A model generated the notes under the pieces. The model did no database searches. It was given only the letters and a program-made list of their open reading frames with translations, and was not told the DNA's origin. A DNA stretch of 63,863 nucleotides, counting the filler, from Psammoneis japonica (Eukaryota): NCBI GenBank assembly GCA_008632985.1. It is 3 parts of 3 records of this genome, joined end to end, with 100 filler letters (N's around TTAATTAATTAA, not from the genome) between each part and the next. Parts side by side here need not be neighbours in the genome. Positions count along the whole stretch, not along the records: positions 1 to 29,847 come from QPGO01000411.1; positions 29,948 to 59,394 come from QPGO01000402.1; 1 more part is not named here. The stretch is one strand, 5' to 3'. How positions within the stretch are numbered: position 1 is the stretch's first letter; every line of letters starts with the position of its first letter. Shown piece by piece: positions 24,099 to 37,033 of the stretch. A program made the translations under genes and the position numbers.

Positions 24099-27000
24099 GT
24101 TACGATATGGTCATTGGACGTGACATGCTCAAACCTCTAGGTATAGACATTGCATTCTCCGAGCAGGCTATTAAATGGCCTAGAGTTAACGCTGACATTC
24201 CTGTGAGAAGCGTGGACTCTGCCGTTGAAACGTCATTTCACATCAAGGACTCTCCGGAGCTTCGCAGTGAAAGTGAGCGTGTAGCGACCATGCTAGCCAC
24301 TAAGTACGAAAAGGCCGATCTTACCAAGATCGTACACGAGACGAAAGGCCTCGATGACACGTAGCAGAAAGAGCTGCATGCTCTCTTACTCAAGTGTGAA
24401 GCGTCATTTGACGGAACGCTTGGCAGGTGGAACGGAAAACCCCACCATGTGCAACTTAAGGAAGGAGTAAAACCACATCATGCTCGTCCATATACAGTGT
24501 CGAAGAGGTACGAAAGATTAGTGCGTGACGAAGTTGACAGACTGTGCAAGATTGGAGTTCTCAAGAAGGTCAACCGATCGGAATGGGCTGCACCTTCTTT
24601 CGTGATGCCGAAAACCAATCAGACGATTCGGTTTATAAATGACTTCAGAGAACTGAATAAACGCATAGTGCGAATGCCGTATCCTCTGCCAAATATACAA
24701 GATATGTTACTTCGGCTCGAGAACTTCATGTGGGCTGCGTCTCTGGATCTGAACATGGGACATTGCCACGTGCGACTCGACGCGAGTTCTAGACGGCTCT
24801 GTACTCTTATCCTTCCTTGGGGCAAATATGAGATGCAAAGCTTGCCCATGGGACTCTGCAACAGTCCTGATATCTTCCAAGAAAAGATGTCAGACCTCTT
24901 TGCAGATCTGTGGCATGTGAGGACTTACATTGATGATTTGCTCACAATCACAAAGGGCACCTTTGAGGACCACCTAGAAAAGCTAGATAAAGTCTTGGAA
25001 AGACTTCAAAGGCTGGTCTGAAGGTCAATGCTAGGAAGTCTGACTTCTGTCAAGCCCAAATAGAGCACTTGGGCTATCTGGTGAACAGAGACAGCATCAA
25101 ACCAACTCCCAAGAAAATTGCAGCAATTCAAAAGCTTGCTGCTCCCAAGACCAAGAAGCAGCTTAGAAGCTTCATTGGCCTTGTCAACTACTACAGGGAT
25201 GTCTGGATCCGAAGGTCAGACGTTCTAGCACCCCTTGCTAAACTTGCAGGCAAGAACAGCAAGTGGGAATGGACCTCAGTTGAAGAGGAAGCTTTTCAAA
25301 CTATAAAAAAGGTGGTGGCAGAGCAAGTGCTTCTGGCCCACCCTGATTTTTCTAAACCTTTTGAGATTCATACTGATGCATCCAAGCATCAGTTAGGAGC
25401 AGTAATATCTCAAGAGAATAAGCCAATAGCGTTCTATAGTCGCAAACTGACGAGCGCTCAGCTTAACTATACCACGACTGAACGTGAGTTGCTCTCAATC
25501 GTGGAGACGCTGAAGGAGTTCCAGAATATACTCCTTCGTCATCGAATAATTGTATATACTGACCATAAAAATTTGACATATAAAGTATTTAACACCGAGC
25601 GCGTTATGCGCTGGCGACTTCTATGTGAAGAATACGGCCCTGAATTACGATATATCAAGGGCCATTAAAATCTGGTCGCGGATGCGTTAAGTAGACTTGA
25701 ACTTGACCCTCCGTTGCCATCCGAATCTGATATATCCATCTTGGATACTCCCAATATACGGCTGTTAGCCGAAGCATTTGGGACTGATGACGTGGACAAA
25801 GTCACTCGTATTCCTGTCCACTTTAAACAGCTTCAGAAACTTCAAGAAGCTGATAAGTCATTATTACGAAAAGCCCGTAATTCCGACAAATATACAATAC
25901 GTTCTTTCCGTGGAGGAGAAACGTCTTCAAGACAGTTGATATGTTATGAGGACAGAATTGTTGTCCCAAACTCATTACAGGAACCTGAATGGCACCATGT
26001 GATTTCTCGAAAGGAACTACGCTACTTCAGCATCACGCACATCGCATGGGAGTACCGGTACGCGTGATCTTGACTCCAAAATGTCATTCTGAATTCTGAA
26101 TTGGCATGGGAAGGTACAGAATATCTTTGGGCTTGTGCAAAAGGTAAGCATCAAAAACTTTTCCTGTCACAGAAATGGGAAAAGAGAATTTCAAGAAATC
26201 TGTCAGGCACTGCTTGTTGGATGAGGTGTAGTGAAGCACACACGTAAGTTTGCAAAGAGAGCACCATGGTACATCCAGGCTTGCCATGCAACTGACAATG
26301 GACATGTTGAGGACACCAAGAGGGTCCATGAATTTGGACCCACTCCGAACTGAGAGGTCTGTAAGATTTGGACCCGTTGCACTCGACAAGACGCACCGGT
26401 GTGCTGTTGCTTTTGGTTTAAAGTTTGCATCAACAGCATCGCCGAAGGCAATGTTACAATGCTTTGAAGCATTGCAATCAGGCATGAATTTTCGAAATCA
26501 CGCAGCCGCTGTAGATTTTGTACGGGGACAAAGACACAACGGTTGATCTTGCTCACTGTCACCATTTGAGAGCTAATTACATTTTATGCCAGATTACGTA
26601 GAATGCTGCTCCACAAAGCTGCAGCAAAATTCCAGCCATAATCAGTTGTGTCATCCTGGTGAGACTCAGACAGAGCTTGCTGTTGCCCAGCATTTCCATT
26701 GGGCCAGTGTGCTCTCTACGGTGAAGTCCGTATGCTCCAAGTGTGATTCGTGCCAGAGGACAAAACGTCGAACTATTAAATGTGGGAAACTGCCAGAAAA
26801 GCTTGCAGAAATTGTCCCGTGGGAGACCCTGTGAGTAGATTTAATGGGGCCCTACAAAATTGCCCGCAAAGGAAAGCAGACATTAACCCTGTGGGCCACG
26901 ACTATGATCGATCCCGCGACTGGATGGTTCGAGATCGCGGAAGTGCCCACCAAACGCGCTGACGTGGTGGCAAACGTCATTGAACAGAAGTGGCCATGCA

Positions 27001-27950
27001 GATGTCCATGGCCGAGTAAAGTCGTGTTCGACAGAGGTGCTGAGTTTATGGCTGAGTTTAGTCAAATGATTCAAAATGACTGCGGACTCAAGGCCAGACC
27101 CACCACCAAACGCAACCCACAAGCGAACTCCACAGTGGAACTCGCACATCAAACGATTGGCAACATGATGCGCACGTTCTCAGCACAAGACATGGAACTT
27201 GACGAAGACGACCCATGGGCTGGTGTACTTTTTGCCGTAGCCTTTGCTGCATGTGCAACTGTGCACACCACTGCCAGGGCAACCCCAATGCAATTAGTCT
27301 TCGGACGTGATGCGATTTCATCTGTTGCCTGTCGCGCTAAGTGGAGGTGTGTCCAGAGCAGAAAGCAGAAATTGATTTGCTTAAAAAACAAGCGTGAGAA
27401 TTTGAAGAGGAAAGAGTGCCAATGCACAAAGGGACAGCTTGTGCTTGTCAAGCAGGAACAACGGACGAAATTCGGCACTGACAGTCATGCAGGGCCAGCT
27501 ACAGTTGTTCAAGTCAATGACAATGGCACCCTTCGTGTACGAGAAGGTACGCTGGTGGACACATGCAATGTGCGACAAATTGTCCCTTGCCAGCAGTGGG
27601 ACCCTTCTGTCACTCGTACGACCTTGTCATGGGGGCGAGTGCAGCAGGCATCCCTACCGTGGCCGCTGATGATGCCACTTTCCTGCATCTGTGGGCTGTC
27701 CGTAGCGACGCTGATCCCGCAGAAGCGCATTGTAAGAGAACACCACTCCTGGTACGAGACCTGCGACAGGCTACAGGAGTTCCATGCAACCAAGACCGGC
27801 ACGACTGGCCATCGTGCAAGAGACTCGCCTTGCATGAAGGGACTGCGTGGGAGTTGCGCAGTGCCGAGTATGAGCCTTTGGATTGGCTCCGCGTCAACAT
27901 CAACAAATGTCACAAAAGACTTGTGCTTAAGTCTTTCCAATGACTCATCA
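24099..27950 (+). mobile_element. Ty3/Gypsy family 2, 5'-truncated pol (RT-RH-IN) with PPT and probable 3' LTR (27640 to ~27950)
   Basis: Motifs LDLNMG, TYIDDLL, HTDASK, TDHKNL, HPG, DLMGP, FDRGAEF, NPQAN; PPT catgggggcgag; LTR right end uncertain. Confidence 0.9.
25999..26635. mobile_element. Unclassified 637-bp insertion in the Gypsy-2 integrase zinc-finger region
   Basis: Removing it restores EW(Y/H)HNQLCHPGET; flanked by a CCAT direct repeat; no obvious TIR. Confidence 0.6.
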
Positions 27951-28059
27951 TGTGACAAGAATTCTGGTTTCTAAAAAAAGAACACCATCGCGCATTTGTG
28001 CTCTGAGTGAAACAGTCTCATAAAATTTCACAACACACCAAACATCTACCTCAAGTGCT

Positions 28060-28454
28060 TGTGCCCTGTTCCTGCATGGGTCATTCTGCCGTGACCTTTG
28101 CTGTGCAGTGCGTGCAACTGCACAGACCACTGCCAAGGCAAGCAACTCCGATGCAGTTAGTCTTCGGACATGACACAAGTTTATCTGTTGCCTGAAGCAC
28201 CAAGTGGAGGCATGTCTCAGACAGAAATCAGAAAACATTCCACTTAAATGACAAGTGTGAGAATTGAGCATGAACAACGGACAAACAGTGGCACCGATGA
28301 TTTGTCTATGATGCAGTTGTTCAAGTCAATGAAAATGTCATGCTTCGTGTACGAGAAGGCACGCTGGTTTTTTGGACACACCAAAAAATGTCCTTTTCCA
28401 GCAGTGGGACCCTTCTGTCACTCGTGCGACCTTGTCACAGGGGCGAGTGCAGTG
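28060..28454 (+). mobile_element. Decayed second copy of the Gypsy-2 integrase tail and PPT
   Basis: Matches about 27215-27645 (gcagttagtcttcggac; cagcagtgggacccttctgtcactcg). Confidence 0.8.
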
Positions 28455-29847
28455 TGCAAGATCCAGCTTGAGATGACTTGATAAAAGTTGTGGGAGAACG
28501 GAGAAGAGACCCGATCAGTGCAATCGCTGATCAGAACTGACTTCTGACGGCTTCCTGAACATCTAATGCGTTGGTTAATGTGCACACATCAGAGAGGGCA
28601 CACTTGGTCATAAAGTGCATGTGCCCATCTCATTCACTCTTCCCCTCCATGGTGCAAGGAACACGCGCACCATTGGAACCACTTGACTAAAATTCAAACC
28701 CAACACGCACGGAGAAGGGAACCCAGACATTGGGAACAAACCCTCAACTCCGATGCGGCACCACGTGACGAATGTTAATTCACTCAACAACGTGCGGTGC
28801 TCGCAGCACCGAAACAGTCCCGTTGGTGTGGACTTGTGCAATTCGAAACGGACCACAGGCTCGTTCTTCCAACTTTGAAGGATCCACCGACTTGATTGAC
28901 ACATCTTGACCAACTAGATGATCGCAGGAATGGCGCTTCACATTCTGTCATCGTAGATTCTCGTCGATCAATGCTTGTCGGTTGGCTTGTGTCGCAGCAA
29001 GGTCGGAGACAACTGGCAAGTCCAAAATCACATCACGTTGAAACACCAGAGCTCCACTTGAAACACCCATGGACCTTGAGTGGGAGCATCACAAAGCATG
29101 AGAGGCTGCAGCAAGGGCATCGTCCACAATCTGTTTGGCCTGTTGAACATTTAAAGGTGGGCCAGCGACAACCACAGTGCGCAAGATGTCAGCTGCCGTC
29201 TGGTGCATTCGTTCACAAATGGAGTTGGCTGTGGGATTTCGAGACGTCGTTGGCGCATCAGCAACACCCGCTTGATTTAGCAGCATTTGAAACTCCCAAC
29301 CAATGAATTCTCCACCATTGTCATGGATGCATCGATTCGGTCTGGGATGACGAGCCAACCAAAGGTTGCGAAACTTGTCAGTCACACGCTGAGAAGTTTT
29401 GTCATCAATGCACACCAGTTCAGTCAATCCAGTGACAGCATCAATGCAAGTGAGAGCGCTGAATTCAATCTCTTAGACTTGAACAGGCATTTTCCACGGT
29501 CCAATGAGATCAACCGCTACTTCCGTCCACGGAGCCAAGGGTGCTTGACGTTGAGGTAATTCTCCACATCCAGGACCCAGTTGTTTAAATCGTTGACACG
29601 CATCGCAAACAAATTCGTTGCAATGTCGACGCAATGCAGGATGATGCATGTGAGTCCGAATGCTTTCATGCAATTGCACGACTCCACAATGGCCCAATGC
29701 GCGATGGCACCATGCAATGGCACCCGGCAACAACGCAGTGGGAACACAAATTTTCCAGGCTCCAGGTGGATCATTCAGATGCAAACGACAACAAATCAGG
29801 GGGCGATGATTCACAATCTTGACCACGAACTGCTGCGGATTTTGTTG
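28455..29847 (-). mobile_element. Gypsy family 1 second copy: integrase, PPT, 3' LTR (28455-28636); runs into an assembly gap
   Basis: Motifs AVDLIGPW, IHDNGGEF, NPTANSICER; reverse-complement match to 22840-24098. Confidence 0.92.
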
Positions 29848-29947
29848 NNNNNNNNNNNNNNNNNNNNNNNNNNNNNNNNNNNNNNNNNNNNTTAATTAAT
29901 TAANNNNNNNNNNNNNNNNNNNNNNNNNNNNNNNNNNNNNNNNNNNN
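29848..29947. other. Assembly gap with six-frame-stop linker
   Basis: N-run with central TTAATTAATTAA. Confidence 0.98.
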
Positions 29948-29949
29948 CC

Positions 29950-30522
29950 ATGGCTGCTCCCACACCTGCTCTGACGGGAGCATGCTGCACGCCGTTCAGA
30001 CGCAACATGTGCGAAGTTCTCTCCAGTGCAGACTGCGCTCTTGAAGGAGGAGCACACCAGGGAGACAATCAGGCGTGCCAAAGGACACGCTGTCCAAGGC
30101 GTGGAGCTTGCTGCCTTGAAGATGGCGATTGCTTCTTGAGCACCTTGGCTGGTTGCAACAATGGCAAAGTCTTTCAGGGTCGCGGCACTGAATGCCATGA
30201 TGGCACCGGTGCGCCTGTGTGTCCGGCGGCCCCACCCACGGTTGAAGTGGGCCGCTGCTGCCTTCCCAACGGCGATTGCGATGCAACCACCCCCGCAGAA
30301 TGCAATGATCAGTTCGGAGTGTGTCAGGGAGTCGGTGCTGCGTGCGGTGGTTCCGATGATCACTGCAGCGAAACAGGAAGTTGCTGTGTGGATTTCAAGC
30401 CATTCTGTGTTGATGTCAATGTTGTGGTTTGCAAGAAGAAGCGAGGCGACTTCCAGGAAGACACCGCATGCTTTGACACCTGTTGGTGTCCCGGTGAGGC
30501 CTGGGCTTGGAGATGCCAGTGA
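29950..30522 (+). pseudogene. Cys-rich protein fragment with four G[ARS]CC repeats, 5' end in the gap, mutated
   Basis: Repeats GACC..C..C..GGxHQGD..C; likely Tyr sites appear as His/Cys. Confidence 0.6.
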
Positions 30523-31654
30523 CCGAAATCACAACATGTGTTTTAGCGAGGAGACATGTGATGTGAGAACAAGCCAGTGATGTTGTGCCACCATGACACC
30601 TCTGCACAATCGCACCTGTCCGAGCCCCTCCGCAATGAGAAGCAAACAGGGCTTGGGTCCAAGTTAAAAAAAACAGTGTCCATGTTTTGTGAACATTGCA
30701 CAAGCAGTGGGTGTCCGGCAGCAGTTTCAAGGCCTCAAATGTTCATTGGTGGTGACTGACATGTTCTCAGAGACCTCGAACAATCCACTCATGATGACAT
30801 GTGGCATGGTGGAGCATGACAATGCCAATTCAAGACCCCAGAATAATTCTTCCGACTGTCTTGGAAGTCACCATGAGCGGCCGCCGGCCACAAGGGTTGC
30901 GCACTTCCTTCATCCAAAATGACGACCTCGAGACAGCAACAGCCACAAGCGGCAAAAGTCTCCACTTGCTCGAACGCTCTCGTGTGTCGCAATCATGTCC
31001 CAAACAGCACGCAAAAAGTCTTTCGGCCGAATAGTTTGAATGCAATTAATCGGACATGAGCACAAGACAGTGAAAGGAAATCCAAAAACTTCTCCATCAG
31101 GACCACCAGCAGCTTGCCCTGATCAACCGCCAAGGCAACACATCGCATTGGAGCTGAGGAAAAGAAATTTCGGCTAGGACAAACTCGTCATTCACAAATG
31201 GCATGGGAACTAAATTGGAGAGCCTGTGCTCAGCAAGTGCACACAGGTGCTGGTCACTGCATCCGACAATCGCAGAACAGTGTGTGTCCAACCTTCAACA
31301 ACAAGGAAGGCAGAGTGCAGTCTTGAATGAATGGCTGGAACAAACTTGCAACAATGCTCTAAGACAGGTTCGAAATCTGTCCGCATCGCTTGATGAAGAT
31401 CATCTGTCGTCTGCCGTGTCGATGCCTGGCGATTTTGCGTCTGTCATGCAATCATTCAGAAAAGACTGTCGTCCCATGGCACCCCATGGCACCCCTTCAC
31501 AAGTGGAGAATGTGGTTTTAATGTCATGGTGATGTGATGTTCACGTCATGGATTTTTCATGCGTTGTCATGTCACTTGATTTTGCATTTGCACACAAATG
31601 CCAACAGCAACAGGAAAAATCCTGAACCACACTCTTTTCTCCCTGAATCTCAAG

Positions 31655-34600
31655 GACGAGTCGTCTGGAACCGACCACAGGCAAAGTCATTTTTTGACCT
31701 TTCTCGCAACCACGAAAAAAGCACGTGTCACATCGGATCAACCATGATGATGCCTTGCGACTCTTCCCCAATGCCTTCCCAGGACACCGTTCCCACCGGC
31801 ACTGTTGACAACGGCGCTGATGCAACAGGCAATGTCATCACTTCTGTTCTGAGTGGCCTGATGTGTGCAAAACAAGATGCTGCAAACTGACGCTGTTGTC
31901 TCCATGCTCCACTGCCTCCCACAGATGCTGTCACAAATGCCAGCACTGCCCCTGTGTTTCTTTTGACTGGCATGCCCGACACTGTTGCTCACTCCCTCAG
32001 TGCAACAGGTGCTGTTGATGCTGTCATTGTCTTGTGCCAACAACATCTGCTGTCAATTGCTGCAAACTGACACTGCCATTTCCATGCTGCGCTGTCTCCA
32101 ACAGACAATGTTGCAAGTGCCAATGCTGCACCTGCACTTGGCTTCACCAGCATGCCTGACACTGTTGCTCCTGCCATCACTGCATCATGTTGCAGGTGCG
32201 CTGTTGATGCTGATCCACAATCAAGTGCAACCAACTCACACACTGTTTTCCATTCCCGCCCCACTGCCTCCCACAGATGCCATCATGAGCACCAAGATGC
32301 CAACGTCTCCCCCATCATCCCCAACCCCTCCCAATGCTGCTGCACCCCGCATGGGCGGACGGTTGCCCACTTGCTCTGGCAGTTGTCACCCAAATGCAAC
32401 TGCCGTGTGATCCAGAAGACATCATTTTTTTTTCTCCTGATCCCGCGCCTGTTGCGCAGGCTCCAACTTGCAACTGGTCCACTCTGGTTGTCCCCTCTCC
32501 TGAATGCATTCCCTCTGAGCATTTGTGTGTTGTTGTTGAAGGCATGGAAGGGCAGGTTCTCAAGCCATCAGGTTTGCAGCTTTGCACTCAAAACAGAAAA
32601 CAGAAAATCAAGGAAGAGGCAACATTGGAGCTGGACAAATCCACCTTGTTTTCTATTCTTTGAGACCCTGTTGTTGACTCTTCTTTTTCTTCTGGGTCTT
32701 TCTTGCCTCCCAATGTTCCTTCATTGATGAGAGAAATGCAACTCTAAATCACTGTCCAACAACAAGCAAAAGCAAAATGCTTCCAGTGACTCAGCCAAGC
32801 CACCCGTCCCCGTGCAACATCACCTTCAAAAGGATTTTCAGAAAAAGTTGTTCCCTGAAGTTGATTGGGCATTGTTGGATTTGAACCAACTCCTTGCACA
32901 CCATCACAGTCATTTGATTCTGGAGAACATCCTTTGAGTGCCGGTCAGTTCCAAGATTGTTCTTTTGATTTCTTCTTCCCATGACACTTTTGCACTGACG
33001 TGGAAGCCCGTGCTCACTGCCATGTGTGCTGGCTCTCCCTCCATTGCTGTTTGCATTGGCAAGGAATTCTTCTTCATCATTGAAGCAACCATTTCCAGCC
33101 AGGCCCACCAAAAGAAACTGCAAGAAAAAGACTCAACTGCAACAGAACTGGAGCACCTTTGCACTCGCCAAGGCAGTGGTGCTGTTGTTGTTGCACCGGT
33201 GGGCAGTGCATCTGTGTCTTTCGAGGTCAAGCACTGTGACATGTTCCACTCCTGTGCAACGTTGCACATGTGGGCTGCACTCTCCCGCACAACAACCACA
33301 TGCGTTTGCTGCTGGGAAAAGTGAAAAACACAAACCATCATGCTGCAATGCTCAATCGGTGTGTGCAGGAACTGCGGGGCAATGGCCGTGCTGTTCATGT
33401 CCTTTGCCACAATGAGTGTGACCCACTTTTAAAGGACAGCAAGCTGGGTGCTCAGCTGGCCCATTGCAAACAAGGTGGCATTTCTGCAGATTGGATTCGG
33501 CAGTTGTTTGACATTGGCACAAGCAACACCACGTTAAATGACTTTGTTTCATTTGTCAGGGGCTCATGCAAGACTGCCATTTGTTCCTGTTTTGGATGGT
33601 TCATGGCTTTGACCTCCCCAATTCTTGATCAGGCTGCTGTTGTGGCAATCACTTGGCAGTTTTGCAAAACAATGCCATTCCACTGCATTGCATTGAGCAC
33701 TTTGTTGAGCTGCGAGGCAAAGAAAAACCTTTCCACCAAACAACAGCTCCTTCCCATTTGGGATTGGTTTGTTTTGCATGTTTTCATGTCCATCATGCAC
33801 ATCCAAAATTCTCATTCTTTTGCATGATGGTCCTGCCGCAACACTGCTGCCATGTGTGGATCATTGGGCTTGACATCGAGATCAAAGCTTTCTGTGTGTT
33901 TTGGACAAGCGGCAACACAACAAATGCCATTGCAGAAGACACGTTTGTTTGCCAACTGTGCAACTGTCATGGACAATGCAAACAAGTCCTTGATTGCTTC
34001 TGAAACCTTTGGCGCACCCACATTTGACAATTCTCAGGTGCATCTTTGCCCCATTGTCATGCCATTCCACATGTTTTGTTTCTGCATTCATGGCACCAAC
34101 TGTCCATTGATTTCTCATGCTTCTTGAGGTGGTGGAATTGCTTGAGTTTCAGTGCAACCGCCAGTCCTCCAATGTCGCCAAGACCACCTCTTGAATGTTC
34201 ATCAAGCCGCATGTCCAGCCCCTTGCCCAACTTTGCATCTTGTCCAATGGTGATCTCTCCACCTGACTCCATCACTCATGTCAACCAATGCATTCCTTTG
34301 CCATGCGGCATGCCCACATGTGAGTCCAACCCTGCTTTGCTTTGTGCTGATGCATTGATTGCAGCCTTCCAAACCTCCAATGCATTTCTGGAAGCTGCAG
34401 ATTCAACTGGCACCCGTGCAGCCCGGCATGCATCAATTGTGTCTCTTGCAACTGTGGCACACATGCACCGAAACTGTGTTCCTTGGGTTGGCGCTGCTTT
34501 TTCTTTTCAGCCCACCTCTGGTGTAGAATCCATTGATCAGATGCAGGTCCAACAAAAGCTCACACCCAACTGAGCGGCAAAGGGATTCTGCCACTCCTGC

Positions 34601-36500
34601 AATTTCTTCCAATGACACGTGAAACACAGGTTTGGTGTGGCACACCTCCACATGTGTCCATCTTAATTCCTCCAGTTTCCTGTGAGGATGAGACGACAAG
34701 CAAAGGTGCCGGCAAGGTCATGCTTGGTCTGCTTCAGCTGTTTGACATTGTCAAAGCTGTGTTGGCACACAACAAGGTGTCTCGGGAGAATCTGCACAAG
34801 ACGTGGTCCTGTCGGAAGACTGTCAAAAGCATTGGCAGCACAGAGAAAGCAAGGCTGGAATGGCAAATTGGCATGGAGAGAATCAACAAAGGTGGCAATG
34901 TGATGTGCCTTTTGTTCCTTGGTTGGTGTCCCAACAAGAGAAACAATGTCAAACAAATGGAAAGCGTCGCTCCAATCCAACCATGTTGACAAGTTTGCCT
35001 GAAACGTCTCAATTTTGGTTCAGTGGTTTGAGCAGAAAATGCACTTGTCTGCATCAGAACCAGCTGCAAGCAAGGCAGAGAGCATGTTGGAGACAATTGT
35101 GAATGGGCAATCACCACAAATGTCACCAAGAATGACACATGATGATGCCTCATGTCATCAGGTGATGGCCAATGGCAATGGTCAATGTTTCTCCCAATCA
35201 AATTCTCTGTGGACAAGACAATTGGGTGTGTTGCATGTTGCTGTCATGAGAAGCAAGGGAATGGAATGCATTGAGTGCACCCACAAAAGAAAGCAATCAC
35301 GGAGGCCCTGGAATTTGGACCAAAACGACAGGCACAAAAAGATGAATTTTGTGTCCAAAGCAATCATCCAAAGCAAACCATTGTGTAAAATGCCAAGAAG
35401 GAGCTGCAGCAGCACATCATTGGCAACTGTCAACTGAGGCAAGCAAAACAGGAAAACCGTGCCATGCACTGAAGGTGAAAGCTGCCACATCCAGTCAAAG
35501 AACCTTTGCATGTGAGCTGGATTCTTTGAAATCTCATCCAAATGAAAGGCTGAGACAGGTCCATGTGTTGCTGGCCTTGTTTGGCTCACTGCATTGTTTT
35601 GCGGCACTGATCCAAACCAAGGGACAACAGAGGGATAACAGCAAGGATGATGCCTTGAAGACAAACCCCCACAATGTCACGAACAAGGGATTTGCCACCA
35701 CCAGTGGGTCAGACAAGCAAGAAAGGATGGATGTTTTGGTTCTGCGTTGATGCAAGGATGCTGCACCCCATGTTTTGCTGCCAAGCATGAGGGTGCTTGC
35801 CAAAGACATCAACAGAGATGCCAACGTGGGAATTGTGGATGGCATTGACTGGCAGTGCAGGGTTGGCATTGACAGCATCTGTGGGAGGTGGTGGGGCAAG
35901 AATGGAAAGCAGCGTCAGTTGTTGGCACCACTCAATTGTGGATGTTGTTGGCACAACAAAGTGGCAGCATCAACAGCACAACAGCATTGGGCATGCCCAT
36001 GGACCCCAACGCAGGTGCAGCATTGGCATTTGTGACAGCATCTGTGGGAGGCGGTTTGGCAAGGAAACAACAGTGTGAGTTGGCGTCATTTAATTGCAGA
36101 TGTCATTGGCACAAGTCAATGACATGTTGTCAACAGTGCCGGTGACAGCAATGGCATGAGCAACAGCATTGGGCATGCCGGTGGACCCCAATGCAGGTGC
36201 AGCACTGGCATTTGTGACAGTGTCTGTGGGAGGCCGTTTGGTGAGGAAACAACAGCGTGAGTTGGTGGCATCTCGTTTTGCACGCATGAGGCCGTTCAGA
36301 ACAGAAGCAATGATGCTGCCTGTTGTGCCAGTGTCATTTGCAACAGTGTCAGCAAGAATGGTGTCCTGCTGCAAAGGCATTGGGGAAGAATCGTGAGACA
36401 TCAACATGGTCGAGTGGAGTTGACGCGTGCTTTTTTTGTGGTGTGGAAATGGCCGAAAAAGTGTCTTTGGCTGTTCGGTTCCAGGCAACTCCAGATTTGT
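31655..36500. repeat. Long diverged inverted repeat (arms ~31655-32310 and ~35830-36500) built of ~160-180-bp modules
   Basis: Shared translation STM.M..DSSPMP..DT...SVL.GLM.AK.DA.N on opposite strands; recurring module cctcccacagatgctgtcacaaatgcc. Confidence 0.75.
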
Positions 36501-37033
36501 GGGCACCATGGGATGGGAGTTTTTACTTGACGACATGTGCACATTCACAAGAACATGAGCACATCCGACTCAACGCATGTGATGTCACAACACATCGCCC
36601 ACACCCAGCACATCCCATGGGACCACGGGACCATGGGCAGTCACGTGGCGGTCTCCACTTCAGTGCTTCAGAAGTCAAGTCATGATGGCAGCTTTTCTGC
36701 CACAAGAAAAGCATTGCCAGATCGATCAAACCATGGCGGCTCCTCTGTCTGCCATGCAATGCAGCAGTCGGTCCATGTTGTACAGCAGTTGCTTTGTGGC
36801 AGGGCATCGGGCTTGCACTTTGCGCGTACCGGCACGTACGGTGACTACTCTACATACCTACCGGTAGAGAGAGGAGCACGAGGTGCGTGCTGGAGCGCGC
36901 TGCTTCGAAATCGAAGAAAAGTCATCCATCACTCATCACTCTCAACACAACACACCCATGATGAATGATGAGAACGCGAAGCACCAACACAAGACAACAC
37001 ATGTCATTCCATCCTTCTTGTCCATATTTCTTG

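Noticed and set aside
29848..29947. TTAATTAATTAA motif (also at 59395-59494) as a piggyBac site or regulatory element
   Set aside because: It is centred in N-runs and is a standard artificial scaffold linker; adjacency across these gaps is not guaranteed.
30540..36800. Dense overlapping Cys/His/Gln/Trp-rich ORFs in all six frames (also 1-2500, 39650-42960, 59500-60900) as novel metal-binding proteins
   Set aside because: This is a by-product of TpA/CpG loss: TAA/TAG stops and Tyr codons vanish while TG/CA codons accumulate.
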